Shown here piece by piece: positions 37,819 through 47,353 of a stretch of DNA of 53,024 nucleotides. Positions within the stretch are counted from its first letter, which is position 1, and the number at the start of each line of letters is the position of its first letter. The position numbers and the translations under genes are program-made. The notes beneath the pieces were generated by a model. The model had not been told where the DNA came from. It saw only the letters and a list, made by a program, of their open reading frames with translations, and ran no database searches. Origin of the DNA: a phage; the sequence record PZ386956.1; one strand, given 5' to 3'.

Positions 37819-38265
37819 CTATTTTACACGAACAGCTTGACACGATAAACGCGACAAACCGAGATTAGCTATAACGCCATCAAGCAATACGCCTGCATGC
37901 TCTTCATTGTATGCTTCTACCCACAAGGGGATTGTCACGCCCTTCATATGGTCGCTGTATACGTTGAACGTAAATAGTTGTTTGTGTGCTTTGTCAACAC
38001 GCACAACAGTAAGATTACCATCCTCGCGTGACGGAAGCTCAACGCCGTTATTACTCCAGAAGTTACGGAACTCGTCGCTGTTAACAATACCGTGCACGAC
38101 ACGTTCTGTAAGCTCTGTTTTGAGGTCAGCACGTGCCTTTGTACTGATAAAGAAACGACAAGAGAAGAAGGCATTGACGTTTAGCACATCAACAGCATAC
38201 ACAACGTTATGCTCTTCAGTAGTTGGCGCTTTATAAACAATATATTTAGTCTTGAACAGGTCCAT
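37819..38265 (-). CDS. hypothetical protein
   Basis: 148-aa ORF in replication operon. Confidence 0.5.
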   Translation of the reverse strand: MDLFKTKYIVYKAPTTEEHNVVYAVDVLNVNAFFSCRFFISTKARADLKTELTERVVHGIVNSDEFRNFWSNNGVELPSREDGNLTVVRVDKAHKQLFTFNVYSDHMKGVTIPLWVEAYNEEHAGVLLDGVIANLGLSRLSCQAVRVK

Positions 38266-38313
38266 AGTACTCTCCAGGGAGGAAGACTGGCGGGCTTGTA
38301 CCCGCCAAAGTTA

Positions 38314-39219
38314 TTACAGCAGTTCTGCTTTCAGTGCAGCGATACCATCAAGCAACGCTTTGATGTCCGGGTTAGATGCCGCCAGGTCAGCAACAACTGA
38401 CTGACGACGACGTTCCAGCTCTTTCTCAACTTCCAGATCGAGGCGTGCTGACGCTTCACGCAGTAAGTCTTCAACCTGCTGACGACGCTGATACTTGTTA
38501 AAGTCAGGCACATCAACCAGCCATTTGAGAGTTGCAGTGTTGTAGCCAGAAGTATTGGCTGCACTTACAGACACAACATCAACGAGTTTGGTACCATTCA
38601 GCTCCGGATAGTTAACATTGCGAACGTCAACAACCGCTTTATCACCTACACTTACTTTGCCGATGTACTTGTAAGTGTACACACGACCATTCGGTTCAAA
38701 CTTAACACCAACAAACTTCAGTTTGTCGTCTGCAATAACTTCTTCCTCAACTTTGAAGTTGATTGCAGTGTTCTTGACAGGTGCAGCCGCTTTGAGCTTA
38801 GCAACCATGTACTGTTCTGAATGAGACGGACGGTACAGACGGAAGACGTCTTCATTGTACGTCAGCCAGTTACCGGTTTCGTCCATGCATGCAATCTGAT
38901 TAGTGCCATCCAGCGAACGAACGCCAGGGCGATTCTTCTCAACACGATACAGCTTACCTTCTTTCAGGTTAGCATAAGAACGGCGGGCGATACCCCAGTT
39001 GTGTTTTTCAGATTCATACTTAGCGAAACGGTCAACACTGAAGTTCTGCTTCAGACCGCGGTCGTCAATTACCCATAAGTTATCGTAAGCACCGCCGAAA
39101 GAACCCAGGTTGGCATACACTTTGCCCTGCGTCAACAGGGAAGTATTTCCCTCGTCAACACAGATAACAAAACCCAGAGCTTCGTGTGCTTTACCGCTGC
39201 GGTCAAATACTGTAGTCAT
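38314..39219 (-). CDS. hypothetical protein
   Basis: 301-aa ORF with coiled C-terminus. Confidence 0.5.
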   Translation of the reverse strand: MTTVFDRSGKAHEALGFVICVDEGNTSLLTQGKVYANLGSFGGAYDNLWVIDDRGLKQNFSVDRFAKYESEKHNWGIARRSYANLKEGKLYRVEKNRPGVRSLDGTNQIACMDETGNWLTYNEDVFRLYRPSHSEQYMVAKLKAAAPVKNTAINFKVEEEVIADDKLKFVGVKFEPNGRVYTYKYIGKVSVGDKAVVDVRNVNYPELNGTKLVDVVSVSAANTSGYNTATLKWLVDVPDFNKYQRRQQVEDLLREASARLDLEVEKELERRRQSVVADLAASNPDIKALLDGIAALKAELL

Positions 39220-39333
39220 TTCTTGTTTCCTTGTATACCAGTTTGATTGTACGCCAGAGATATTCCCTGCGCATGTGCTTTATTGCTTAACCGTTAAAGA
39301 CATTATATCATTAGTGAGTGGTGACGTACACAT

Positions 39334-39624
39334 TTATTTTAAGGCAGAAGTGCAAATAGCATCGCACAAACAATAATGAGCACGGTCGTAGTCCTCAAAC
39401 AAGAACACTTCGCCATTGGCGACTACTTCTGTATCATTAACCTGCAGGTTGATACCCGCATGGATGAGCACATCCATAGCCTGGTCCTTGTTCTTATACG
39501 GATCCCAGATAAGCTGGAAGCCTGACCCACAAAGGAGACAACCTTTGAGCTCCGGAAGAGATGACTCCTTCACAGTCACATTACAAATCTTAGCCAGCTT
39601 AGCGCGAGAATCGAGAGTGCTCAT
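39334..39624 (-). CDS. hypothetical protein
   Basis: 96-aa ORF, 4-nt overlap with upstream gene. Confidence 0.45.
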   Translation of the reverse strand: MSTLDSRAKLAKICNVTVKESSLPELKGCLLCGSGFQLIWDPYKNKDQAMDVLIHAGINLQVNDTEVVANGEVFLFEDYDRAHYCLCDAICTSALK

Positions 39625-39923
39625 TTACATTTACCTTTACGTTTGTGTGGAGGTGTATATGTTTTCTTCGGTACGCCGAACATGGCGGCATAGGTACCGA
39701 CTTCTTTCTTTGTTGGCTTATCCACAATCTCGTCGGCCACGATAAAGTCTGGTCTGAGGTCACGACCTGTACCGCCAAATACTTCAGCCGCTCTTTTCTC
39801 AACAGGAGTAAAGTCAATAACCAGCTCTTTGCCTATCAGGCTTTCTTTGAACTTGTCAAATAGCCATTTGTCACGCGGACCAGGATTGCCCATAAACATA
39901 ACATGCATCTGCTTATTGCCCAT
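39621..39923 (-). CDS. hypothetical protein
   Basis: 100-aa ORF, basic C-terminus; start uncertain (first Met used). Confidence 0.4.
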   Translation of the reverse strand: MGNKQMHVMFMGNPGPRDKWLFDKFKESLIGKELVIDFTPVEKRAAEVFGGTGRDLRPDFIVADEIVDKPTKKEVGTYAAMFGVPKKTYTPPHKRKGKCK

Positions 39924-40013
39924 GGATGATATACCCCGTTATTTGTGTTGCCAGGTACAAACCGTATACCACACACCCAACTAGTATGGCATCAAGAATC
40001 AGATGAGCTATCT

Positions 40014-40304
40014 TCACGTTTGATTTCCAGCCTTGACTACCACGTTACGGCTGTTAACCACTTCCAGGCTGGCGCCATCCTTTTTGTGGGTTACACGAAT
40101 AAATGCAACACCCTCAGCCTGTGCCTGCGCAATAGCTTTATTCAACACAACATTATCCTGTACCATATGACGTACGCGAGGAAGGATATTGCAAAGAGGT
40201 TCCATCTCATCCATTCCTGCAGTACGCATGACTGACTTGAGAATGCCAAGATGATGCTTATAACGGTCTTCAAGATTATACTTCTTGCTGTTATCTGATG
40301 CCAT
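40014..40304 (-). CDS. hypothetical protein
   Basis: Start ATG 40304 (GGAGA RBS); 96 aa. Confidence 0.45.
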   Translation of the reverse strand: MASDNSKKYNLEDRYKHHLGILKSVMRTAGMDEMEPLCNILPRVRHMVQDNVVLNKAIAQAQAEGVAFIRVTHKKDGASLEVVNSRNVVVKAGNQT

Positions 40305-40348
40305 GTAAGTCTCCAAAAGTTAAGGGGCTTGTGCTAAGCCCCGTCTAA

Positions 40349-40798
40349 TTACTCGGCTTCTTCCGTAGCTGCCGGGGTGAATGTTACAGTCGGAATACCA
40401 GGCGAGGTCTTCACAACAGGGTCGACGATAGCCAGCTGTTCTGGTGTCAGGTTACGGTATGCAGTAACTGACATTTCATACTTGGTTTTAAACAGCTTGG
40501 CAACAACAGTCTTCGGTAACTTCTTCATTACGTCAGGCACAAGCTTCTGGTCTAGCGAGCGGTTAACCTTCTGCTCAACCTTGAGTTTACCAGGTACGCC
40601 ATGCATACTGAACTCAACCGTTTGTGTACCTTCTTTACCGCGGTTGATAATCATGTCACGTTCAAGACGAGCCTTAATGGTCCGGCGCAATGTCTCCTGG
40701 TCAGCTTTCGCTTGTGCCATCCAGCGGTTCAGATTCGCCAGCTTGTCGTACAGCTGTTCCGTGTCCATCGATTCCAGTTCTTGTGGGGTCAGTGCCAT
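40349..40798 (-). CDS. hypothetical protein
   Basis: Start ATG 40798 (GAGG RBS, MALTPQELESMD...); 149 aa. Confidence 0.5.
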   Translation of the reverse strand: MALTPQELESMDTEQLYDKLANLNRWMAQAKADQETLRRTIKARLERDMIINRGKEGTQTVEFSMHGVPGKLKVEQKVNRSLDQKLVPDVMKKLPKTVVAKLFKTKYEMSVTAYRNLTPEQLAIVDPVVKTSPGIPTVTFTPAATEEAE

Positions 40799-41069
40799 CA
40801 GTTGTTTCCTCAGGTTGCATGTGCATAGTTGCACCGATCAGTAAGCAATAGTTATTGAACATTGTACGTAGCGCTTGGCCCGCAGCAATATCCGTTACGT
40901 CTATTATACCACTTTTAGTGGTGACGCGTAAAGCTTTTTCTTTCTTTGTTTTTTCCACGAATGCAATGCTGATGATTTCTTCCGCGTGGATTACGTGAAT
41001 GGTACCAGCAAACTCACCAGTCTTAGCTGGCGCCTGATACACTAACGACATAGCTGGTTGACTACTCAT
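40701..41069 (-). CDS. hypothetical protein (3' part overlaps next gene and an internal promoter-like site)
   Basis: Strong AGGAG RBS before ATG 41069; protein-like first ~90 codons; last ~30 codons overlap 40349..40798 in another frame. Confidence 0.4.
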   Translation of the reverse strand: MSSQPAMSLVYQAPAKTGEFAGTIHVIHAEEIISIAFVEKTKKEKALRVTTKSGIIDVTDIAAGQALRTMFNNYCLLIGATMHMQPEETTDGTDPTRTGIDGHGTAVRQAGESEPLDGTSES

Positions 41070-41079
41070 TTAACTACTC

Positions 41080-41517
41080 CTATTTATATAAGTCCATCCA
41101 GTTACGATACTCGTCATAAAACCGGTCAAACTCGTTTTTGGTGAGTGCAATAGCAACACCATTTACCAGATGCATGGTTCGTGTTTTGATGTTGACATAC
41201 ATGACATTGCTGTACGGGAATAAGCTACCGTCATTGTCAGTGAAATAAGTAGGCGTAATATGAAGCGCATCACGCAATGCAACCAGTGATTCAACAGCTT
41301 CAGCGTGCCATTCACGTTTGAAGGTCATGCAAGGCGGTGCACCGTCTTCGTCCTGGGTACCGCGCAAAGTAAGGTATACAACTTCGGCAGTATCATTGTG
41401 TACAATTACGCTAATGTCGACGATGTCGCTGGTACGGAAGGTAACAAAGTGCTCTTCAATTACTTGTTCGTCGGTATTAGGGCTGACGCCCTGAAAGGTC
41501 TTGAGTGTGTGAAACAT
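41080..41517 (-). CDS. hypothetical protein (first gene of leftward operon)
   Basis: Start ATG 41517 with AAGGAG 8 nt upstream; 145 aa. Confidence 0.5.
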   Translation of the reverse strand: MFHTLKTFQGVSPNTDEQVIEEHFVTFRTSDIVDISVIVHNDTAEVVYLTLRGTQDEDGAPPCMTFKREWHAEAVESLVALRDALHITPTYFTDNDGSLFPYSNVMYVNIKTRTMHLVNGVAIALTKNEFDRFYDEYRNWMDLYK

Positions 41518-41610
41518 TGGTTGTATCTCCTTAGCAGAATGTACGTTTATTATGTATATAAAGGAGGGGAAAGTAAATAGATATAAATGTATAAAATACA
41601 TAAAAGTCTA

Positions 41611-41640
41611 TTTACTCTGGTTTAATAACGTGTATATAAT
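41611..41640 (+). promoter_or_regulatory. promoter TTTACT-N18-TATAAT
   Basis: TTTACT 41611-41616 and TATAAT 41635-41640 in the divergent AT-rich region, upstream of the 41671 gene. Confidence 0.4.
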
Positions 41641-41670
41641 GAGAGCCCCACAAACAAGAGGAGAGACTCA

Positions 41671-42003
41671 ATGATAAAGCCAAAACTGTTGCGGCATATT
41701 CGCAACGGTATTAAGCTACTCGCTGAAGGCAATGAGTATGCCTGCAAGCAACGCGGTATTACAAAAGTCGGCCTGTTCAATAAAGAGTTACCAACTCGCT
41801 ACTTTACCAAATCACCACTAACACTCGTACCTGCAGCGGAGTATTATAAAGACCCCGAAGCAGCCAGGGCTAAAATCAAGGAAGGTCTTGACCGACTTGT
41901 AGAGGAAGGCTATTTGACAGTACGTCAACACACTGAATCATCTTATTACTACAAGCCAACTTCTAAGGTAACCAGCAATGACAATGACGAGTCAGCCGAG
42001 TGA
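41671..42003 (+). CDS. hypothetical protein
   Basis: 110-aa ORF with AAGAGGAG RBS; overlaps primase-helicase start. Confidence 0.5.
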   Translation: MIKPKLLRHIRNGIKLLAEGNEYACKQRGITKVGLFNKELPTRYFTKSPLTLVPAAEYYKDPEAARAKIKEGLDRLVEEGYLTVRQHTESSYYYKPTSKVTSNDNDESAE

Positions 42004-44512
42004 TATTCTCGGTCTGAAATACTTTAAGCCAGAAGGGATTCCCCAAGTCTTCAAAGATATGAAGCGCTGGGCTATCTTTGAGCTGACGTACGAAGACGAG
42101 ACCCTCGAAGTTCAATCCAAACCTAAGAAACCTGCAAGAGCGCCATCAGGCCGTTCCTTCAGCACAACAGTGCCTGAAGAGTGGATGACTTTCGACGACG
42201 CCCTGACACGTTGTATCCGCAATCGTGAAATGAAGATTAAAGCTGTACAGGGTAACATCACCTTTGTGCCGGCTTTGATTGTTCCTCGCCAGTGGTACTT
42301 TGTTGACCTGGACAACCATGATGATAATCCAGACATTGAAGCTACCCACAAAGCGATAATTGAGGGGACTCGTGGCGCTTATGCTGAGACGTCAATCTCC
42401 GGCAAAGGGCAACACATTGCAATCCCTTTACCCTGGACTGCAGCAACATCCAAAGAGAAAGACGAACAGCTGGACATCAAAATCCAGAAGGCTGAGATGT
42501 TCCTGGTAATGACAGGCAATGTATTGAGCGAGTTCAATGCTAATCCTGTTTCAGCCCGTGAATGGCATGCAGCAATTGAGAAGTTCTTTCTTGAATCAAG
42601 CGCACCTGACATTGATGTTGAGTTTGAGCAAGACGAAGACCGTGGCGAAGAGTATGACAAAGAGCTATACGAACAGTTAGCCGACAATACTCGCTGGGCG
42701 CTTGAACATTATCTTAGCGACTATGCACCAGACGGTGTTGGTGTGAGTAATGACGGTTCCGAACGTTTAAGCCGCATACTCAAAGACTTGCTTCGTGTAA
42801 CCCGTAACTATGAAGTTACACAACGCATCTTCATGGCCAGCAAAGCTGCAGCATATGAAGGCCGCAGACCAAGTCGACATAACCTGTCTGTTGATAAGTA
42901 TCATCAGTGGTTCAGTCGTGTCGGTAAGACTGTGCTGAAAGAGATGCAACGTGACGGCTTATTCGTTAAGACCAAGTTTGCTCTTGACATCAACAAAGAG
43001 TTAGCCAAGAATTCAGGTGTCTCCCTGGCTGAGAACGTTGAGTTCAAGGTCAACGACGACATTCTGCCTTCTGATGTATTCGTCAGGACGGCCCCGTCCG
43101 GGTTTAAACGGCTTATTGCTGAGATACAGGATAACATATCTCCTGCTAACAGGGTTAACGACTATGCCATCGGCACAGCTCTTAACATCCTGAGCAACTG
43201 CGCCGGTCGCAAGTATGTTTGTCCAGTAGGTGGTCATGCTAACTTCCTGGTAACCAACATCATTCTTGTGGGTGGTTCATCAATCGGTAAATCCCTGTAT
43301 ACCGAAATGTTCCCACAAATCCAGGCAAGTTTACCTGACACATCACCTATCAGCCTTAACCGTATCCCAAGGGAACAGACTTTTGCAACCAGGACGTTTG
43401 CTGAACTGATGTCCAACCCGTCATACCATTCAGTTCAGTTGTTCTATCCTGAATTTGGTCTGGCTTTAGGTTCAGGCTTACGCATGAATCCTAACAACCC
43501 GGACAACTTTCAGAAAGCTCTGATGGACGCTTCAACCAAGCGTAAGGTTGGCGGTATACTGACAGGTATCAAACGTGCTAATGCTGACAATGATGTTAAG
43601 ACTGTAAGCGAACCGTGCTACTCTATCCTGGGTGACTCAACTCAAGAGCTTATCCTTGACAACACCCGGAAGCAAGACTTCTCAAGTGGCTTTTTGCCCC
43701 GCTTCCTGTTCATCCCGAACTATGAGCGAGCGGAGTTTGCCAAACCTGAGAAAGTAGGACGTCGCCAGCAGATTCGCCGTACATCCTTTTCAAAGGAGCT
43801 GATTGAGAAGCTGGAAGCAATCGCTTATGTGAATGCTATCCCGCCTAACGGTAAACTAAGGCATGACCCGATTCCTATTTACGACGAATCGGATGATGAC
43901 GACTTCCTGTACGAGTACCAGTGCAATATTAATGACATGCGCCAGTATTACAGGGACAACGAAGTAGCATCCGCCTTTGTGGGCCGAATGGGTGAGTATG
44001 TATTCAACATAGCAGCACTGATTGGTTTACTCGACAACTGGGATGCTCCTGTAATGACCAGGGACAACATTGAATGGGCTTACAAATACGTTCTTCGCTG
44101 TATAACCGCCTGGGTCAATAACACAAGCAGAATAGTCGCACCTCCGACTACCAACGCCGAAGTAGTGGACGGCTTCCTCAAAGTCTACAGGGACATTTTG
44201 GCCCTTTACACCAAAAGAGGCTGGAACGGTATTGTTAAGCATTATCCTGAAGGTGTTGTAAGAAGCTTACGGGAAGACCATCTGAAAATGAACGGGCTTA
44301 GCATATATGCTATCCGGCAATCATTAAGTTGGTTCAAGTCCAATTATGGCTTTAACATAACCGCTAATAACAAGGTTATTGACGGTATGTTGCAGGATAT
44401 GATTGACCAGGACTATTTAGCAGTCCAAATATACAAACCCACAAGAGGTAAATCGGCAAATATCTACTGTTTAACTGAACGGGGATACGACGAAGCCAAG
44501 AAACTTAAGTAA
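41978..44512 (+). CDS. DNA primase-helicase (AEP prim-pol domain fused to SF3/D5-type helicase)
   Basis: 844 aa; N-terminal AEP motifs (FVDLDNHD with DxD; SGKGQHIAI with His), C-terminal P-loop VGGSSIGKS. Confidence 0.8.
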   Translation: MTMTSQPSDILGLKYFKPEGIPQVFKDMKRWAIFELTYEDETLEVQSKPKKPARAPSGRSFSTTVPEEWMTFDDALTRCIRNREMKIKAVQGNITFVPALIVPRQWYFVDLDNHDDNPDIEATHKAIIEGTRGAYAETSISGKGQHIAIPLPWTAATSKEKDEQLDIKIQKAEMFLVMTGNVLSEFNANPVSAREWHAAIEKFFLESSAPDIDVEFEQDEDRGEEYDKELYEQLADNTRWALEHYLSDYAPDGVGVSNDGSERLSRILKDLLRVTRNYEVTQRIFMASKAAAYEGRRPSRHNLSVDKYHQWFSRVGKTVLKEMQRDGLFVKTKFALDINKELAKNSGVSLAENVEFKVNDDILPSDVFVRTAPSGFKRLIAEIQDNISPANRVNDYAIGTALNILSNCAGRKYVCPVGGHANFLVTNIILVGGSSIGKSLYTEMFPQIQASLPDTSPISLNRIPREQTFATRTFAELMSNPSYHSVQLFYPEFGLALGSGLRMNPNNPDNFQKALMDASTKRKVGGILTGIKRANADNDVKTVSEPCYSILGDSTQELILDNTRKQDFSSGFLPRFLFIPNYERAEFAKPEKVGRRQQIRRTSFSKELIEKLEAIAYVNAIPPNGKLRHDPIPIYDESDDDDFLYEYQCNINDMRQYYRDNEVASAFVGRMGEYVFNIAALIGLLDNWDAPVMTRDNIEWAYKYVLRCITAWVNNTSRIVAPPTTNAEVVDGFLKVYRDILALYTKRGWNGIVKHYPEGVVRSLREDHLKMNGLSIYAIRQSLSWFKSNYGFNITANNKVIDGMLQDMIDQDYLAVQIYKPTRGKSANIYCLTERGYDEAKKLK

Positions 44513-44516
44513 AATC

Positions 44517-44566
44517 AAGGGCTTATGTAGTAAAATACGTAAGCCCTTATTTTATATACTCTTTTT
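44517..44566 (+). terminator. terminator-like hairpin after primase-helicase gene
   Basis: AAGGGCTTA-(14 nt)-TAAGCCCTT followed by T-rich ATTTTATATACTCTTTTT. Confidence 0.45.
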
Positions 44567-44568
44567 GC

Positions 44569-44902
44569 TCCGGTAGACTAGTTATGGAATAAATAAACCG
44601 TGTTTTTCGAATTAAGTGCACTTAAGCTACTGTTTTATATACTCTTTTCTTTTTACATGAATTAGTAAATATATGGAGCCCTTTATAAAGAAAAAGGGGG
44701 GTAATAAGGGGATACAAGTACCGGATAAAAGGGGTATATATTTATTTATTATTATTATTATTATTATATATTATTAATTATATTAGAAGTAATAAAAACA
44801 GCTACTTAGAGGCGTCTATATGTATGATCCGGTTTATCTCTTTATTAATATCAGAACCGGATGAAAAAAAATTACGCCGGCGAAAAAAAATAAAAAACCG
44901 GA
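44569..44902. promoter_or_regulatory. putative replication-origin region: ACCGGA iteron-like repeats, AT tract, A-tracts
   Basis: Five ACCGGA/TCCGGT copies (44569, 44720, 44828, 44856, 44897), 8-bp IR ATCCGGTT/AACCGGAT, palindrome CGCCGGCG, two A8 runs; no ORF. Confidence 0.35.
44735..44786. repeat. pure A/T tract with (ATT)n microsatellite
   Basis: About 52 nt of only A/T including TTATT(ATT)6-like run. Confidence 0.7.
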
Positions 44903-45026
44903 CTGATAAATAATTCGTAGGCATGTCTAAAGCCAGGCGTGGCAAGCTTCGGTGATATTTACTATGTTATTGTATGTTAGTGTGCGTTATAATATATTTA
45001 TTATTCAACAGATGAGTTGTGCAACT

Positions 45027-45533
45027 ATGGATCCAATTGTAAAAGTATTTGAAGGTAAAAATATCACATTTTCATCAATTAAGAGGGGTACCAAAATGGC
45101 ATCCCTCATTGTTGTTAAAGGAAGCGATTTAGCTAAAGCGCTGGGCTACAGCTACGCGGAAAAACTTTATAAAAGGTTAGACAGCGATTATAAAATTACT
45201 GATGACAAAGGAGCAGTATGGGTAACTGAACCTGGTATTTATCAGGCTATATTCGGTTCGCAGCTTGAATCAGCTAAAGCATTTCAGCGCTGGGCATACG
45301 AAGAAGTATTTCCCACCATTCGTGGGAATGGTTATTACGTTACACCAGAGCTTCAACCAGTGCTGGATCTACTGTCTGATGAAATAGACTTACTACGTGC
45401 ATATGCTACAGCTGACTGCCACGGAAGAGCAAGGCTTAAGTCAAGAATTATGACGATATGGAAAAAACAAGTAGAAAATGGTAACTCTTTGGACCGCGTA
45501 GTCCAGATTTTAAAAGGAAACAGTGCATGGTAA
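45027..45533 (+). CDS. Bro-N domain protein
   Basis: Bro-N signature (VFEGKNITF...SLIVVKGSDLAKALGY...GIYQAIFGSQLESAKAFQRWAYEEVFPTIRGNGYY); start could also be 44952 or 45012. Confidence 0.65.
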   Translation: MDPIVKVFEGKNITFSSIKRGTKMASLIVVKGSDLAKALGYSYAEKLYKRLDSDYKITDDKGAVWVTEPGIYQAIFGSQLESAKAFQRWAYEEVFPTIRGNGYYVTPELQPVLDLLSDEIDLLRAYATADCHGRARLKSRIMTIWKKQVENGNSLDRVVQILKGNSAW

Positions 45534-45958
45534 ATATTCGTGTTATTGGCCAGAACTTTGAGAGAAAGATGGCTAAAAAATTCAACGAATCTTTTGGACT
45601 TGACTGCCAGCGTAACCTGCAGCAATCAATAAATGGCGGGGATGACTTGCTTGGTATACCGTTTTTCAGCGTTGAACTGAAGAAGCACAAGACCAAGTCT
45701 ATCGGAACATGGTGGAGACAGTGTGCGGCATCGGCAAAGGCTCAGAACAAGATGCCGGTACTGATATACGAACTACCAAGAAAACAGCCTACCGTGGTGA
45801 TGAATAAGGCTGATGTGATTGACTGCTTTCCAAGTGGCACGACTTTTAACGAGGCATCGAACCGCCTCTTTGTGGGTCTAGTAGAATTAACATGGGAACA
45901 ATTTTGCCGGGTCTACAACTATTACGTTGCGCCCGGCACTCAATATCACGTCAATTAA
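45527..45958 (+). CDS. VRR-NUC-like PD-(D/E)xK nuclease (putative)
   Basis: 143 aa; D...E-x-K arrangement (GDDLLGIPFFSVELKK) typical of small phage nucleases/resolvases; overlaps Bro-N stop. Confidence 0.45.
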   Translation: MVNIRVIGQNFERKMAKKFNESFGLDCQRNLQQSINGGDDLLGIPFFSVELKKHKTKSIGTWWRQCAASAKAQNKMPVLIYELPRKQPTVVMNKADVIDCFPSGTTFNEASNRLFVGLVELTWEQFCRVYNYYVAPGTQYHVN

Positions 45959-46140
45959 TCTTGTTTCAGCTCGTCACAAATAACACGCTGATTTTTGGCA
46001 GGGATAATACCAAGATTCAGTAAGGTGTATGGACTATCGGCGGCACATTGTTCAACGGTAGTCCATTCAGGTTTGGATTCAACAATTTTGTAACTACAAT
46101 CATGAGTAGCCACACATGTTGCCAGGATTAAGCCAATCAC
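45955..46140 (-). CDS. small hypothetical protein (hydrophobic N-terminus, possible lipoprotein)
   Basis: 61-aa ORF, GTG start overlapping upstream stop (GTGA); N-terminus MIGLILATC. Confidence 0.4.
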   Translation of the reverse strand: MIGLILATCVATHDCSYKIVESKPEWTTVEQCAADSPYTLLNLGIIPAKNQRVICDELKQD

Positions 46141-46316
46141 AAGTAATCGCCTTCAACCAGGAACTCAAACAATTGGTTGTAGACGTTGCAACCTTTAGCG
46201 AAAGAGCTTTCAGCAGGTTTACCATCGCGGACGATCATCATATACTCACCGCCATGGATGTCCACCCAGTATTGCATGCCACCTTTGACCGGGTTACGTT
46301 GTAAGAATTTAAACAT
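46137..46316 (-). CDS. small hypothetical protein (59 aa, not in ORF track)
   Basis: ATG with AAGGAG RBS 6 nt upstream, TAATG-coupled to upstream gene and GTGA-coupled to downstream gene; reads MFKFLQRNPVKGGMQYWVDIHGGEYMMIVRDGKPAESSFAKGCNVYNQLFEFLVEGDYL. Confidence 0.45.
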   Translation of the reverse strand: MFKFLQRNPVKGGMQYWVDIHGGEYMMIVRDGKPAESSFAKGCNVYNQLFEFLVEGDYL

Positions 46317-46561
46317 TATTTGCTCCTTATTCCAAGTTTATTCAATAGCCAAATTGTCATGTCAACCCAGGTTAACGGTACAGTTTTCGGGGGTTGATAA
46401 TTCCAGCAGCTTGCAGTTCTTTGTATTTCTGCTTGGCGCCGCTCCGCTTCGCGTAATACCGCATCGTCAGAAGTGCCGGCAGAAAAAAGATCGGTAACAC
46501 CAGATAAATCGCGTTGATTAACACGTCGAGCAATGTCATATAAATCATCCTTAGAAAACAT
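46316..46561 (-). CDS. hypothetical protein
   Basis: 81-aa ORF in early leftward cluster. Confidence 0.45.
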   Translation of the reverse strand: MFSKDDLYDIARRVNQRDLSGVTDLFSAGTSDDAVLREAERRQAEIQRTASCWNYQPPKTVPLTWVDMTIWLLNKLGIRSK

Positions 46562-46700
46562 AAGCCAATACCATAAGAATTATCAGAAAGATCCCAACCA
46601 GCTTCCTCATGGCCCGACCTTCAGCATATGCAGGATTCACAACAGAATACTCAACAACATGTTTACAGCGGACCATAAGGCCTCCACTTGTGGGTTAATT

Positions 46701-46737
46701 CAATCATGAGGACTTTTGGCAAATCCTCATTGTTGAA
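46701..46737 (-). repeat. conserved intergenic hairpin, copy 1
   Basis: Plus strand CAATCATGAGGACTTTTGGCAAATCCTCATTGTTGAA, immediately 3' of the stop of gene 46738..46941. Confidence 0.55.
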
Positions 46738-46941
46738 TCACTCCATCATTACCTGAACTATTATTATACACTCTTTATTGAAGCGGGTAAATACCTTTCC
46801 TCCATTGGTGCGTTTAGCCCCAGATTTTAGAGCTGACTGGCACCAGACATGCCACTCCTCAACTGTCAAGAATTTTTGCTCAGCTTTGGGTGGTAGTCCA
46901 TTGGCAAGGTCTACCGTAGTAAATTTGACCAGCGGCATCAC
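46738..46941 (-). CDS. hypothetical protein
   Basis: 67-aa ORF, ATGA-coupled to upstream gene. Confidence 0.4.
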   Translation of the reverse strand: MMPLVKFTTVDLANGLPPKAEQKFLTVEEWHVWCQSALKSGAKRTNGGKVFTRFNKECIIIVQVMME

Positions 46942-47327
46942 TTAACCTCAAATTTTGACTCGTCATATTCCGGATCAGTCACGTCCCGGGTAGCACAATT
47001 TTTGATTGCCTCCCAGTAACGTTGGGCGTCATCGCCATCGACATAAACTGTCCAGTGGCCGTAACCACCTTCAAATCTGTCCCAGGCTTGTTCCCAGACT
47101 TTGCCATCTTCCAGCTTGTACCAAGTTGGACGACTGTCAAACTCGCGGATTGGATGGTACCCCATCAAAGGATTCATCAGGTCAATAATGTCTTCCCGAC
47201 TAATCTCCTGGTTCTCCCACAACACCGTCATGAATTGCTCAAACTTGAAGGCGTTTGGCAGAACTTTGATGACTTCACCATCACGATATACGGTATAGGT
47301 ACCATCTTCGCATTTTGCACTGTACAT
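46938..47327 (-). CDS. hypothetical protein
   Basis: Start ATG 47327 (AGGAG RBS, MYSAKCEDG...); track first Met at 47360 lies inside hairpin copy 2. Confidence 0.5.
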   Translation of the reverse strand: MYSAKCEDGTYTVYRDGEVIKVLPNAFKFEQFMTVLWENQEISREDIIDLMNPLMGYHPIREFDSRPTWYKLEDGKVWEQAWDRFEGGYGHWTVYVDGDDAQRYWEAIKNCATRDVTDPEYDESKFEVK

Positions 47328-47353
47328 GTTTCTCTCTCCTATTGATATAATTT

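Noticed and set aside
39945-40235. 96-aa plus-strand ORF
   Set aside because: Antisense to minus-strand gene 40014..40304 within a uniformly leftward operon.
46116-46497. Plus-strand ORFs 46116..46304 and 46186..46497
   Set aside because: Antisense to a tightly coupled minus-strand gene series that has clear ribosome-binding sites.
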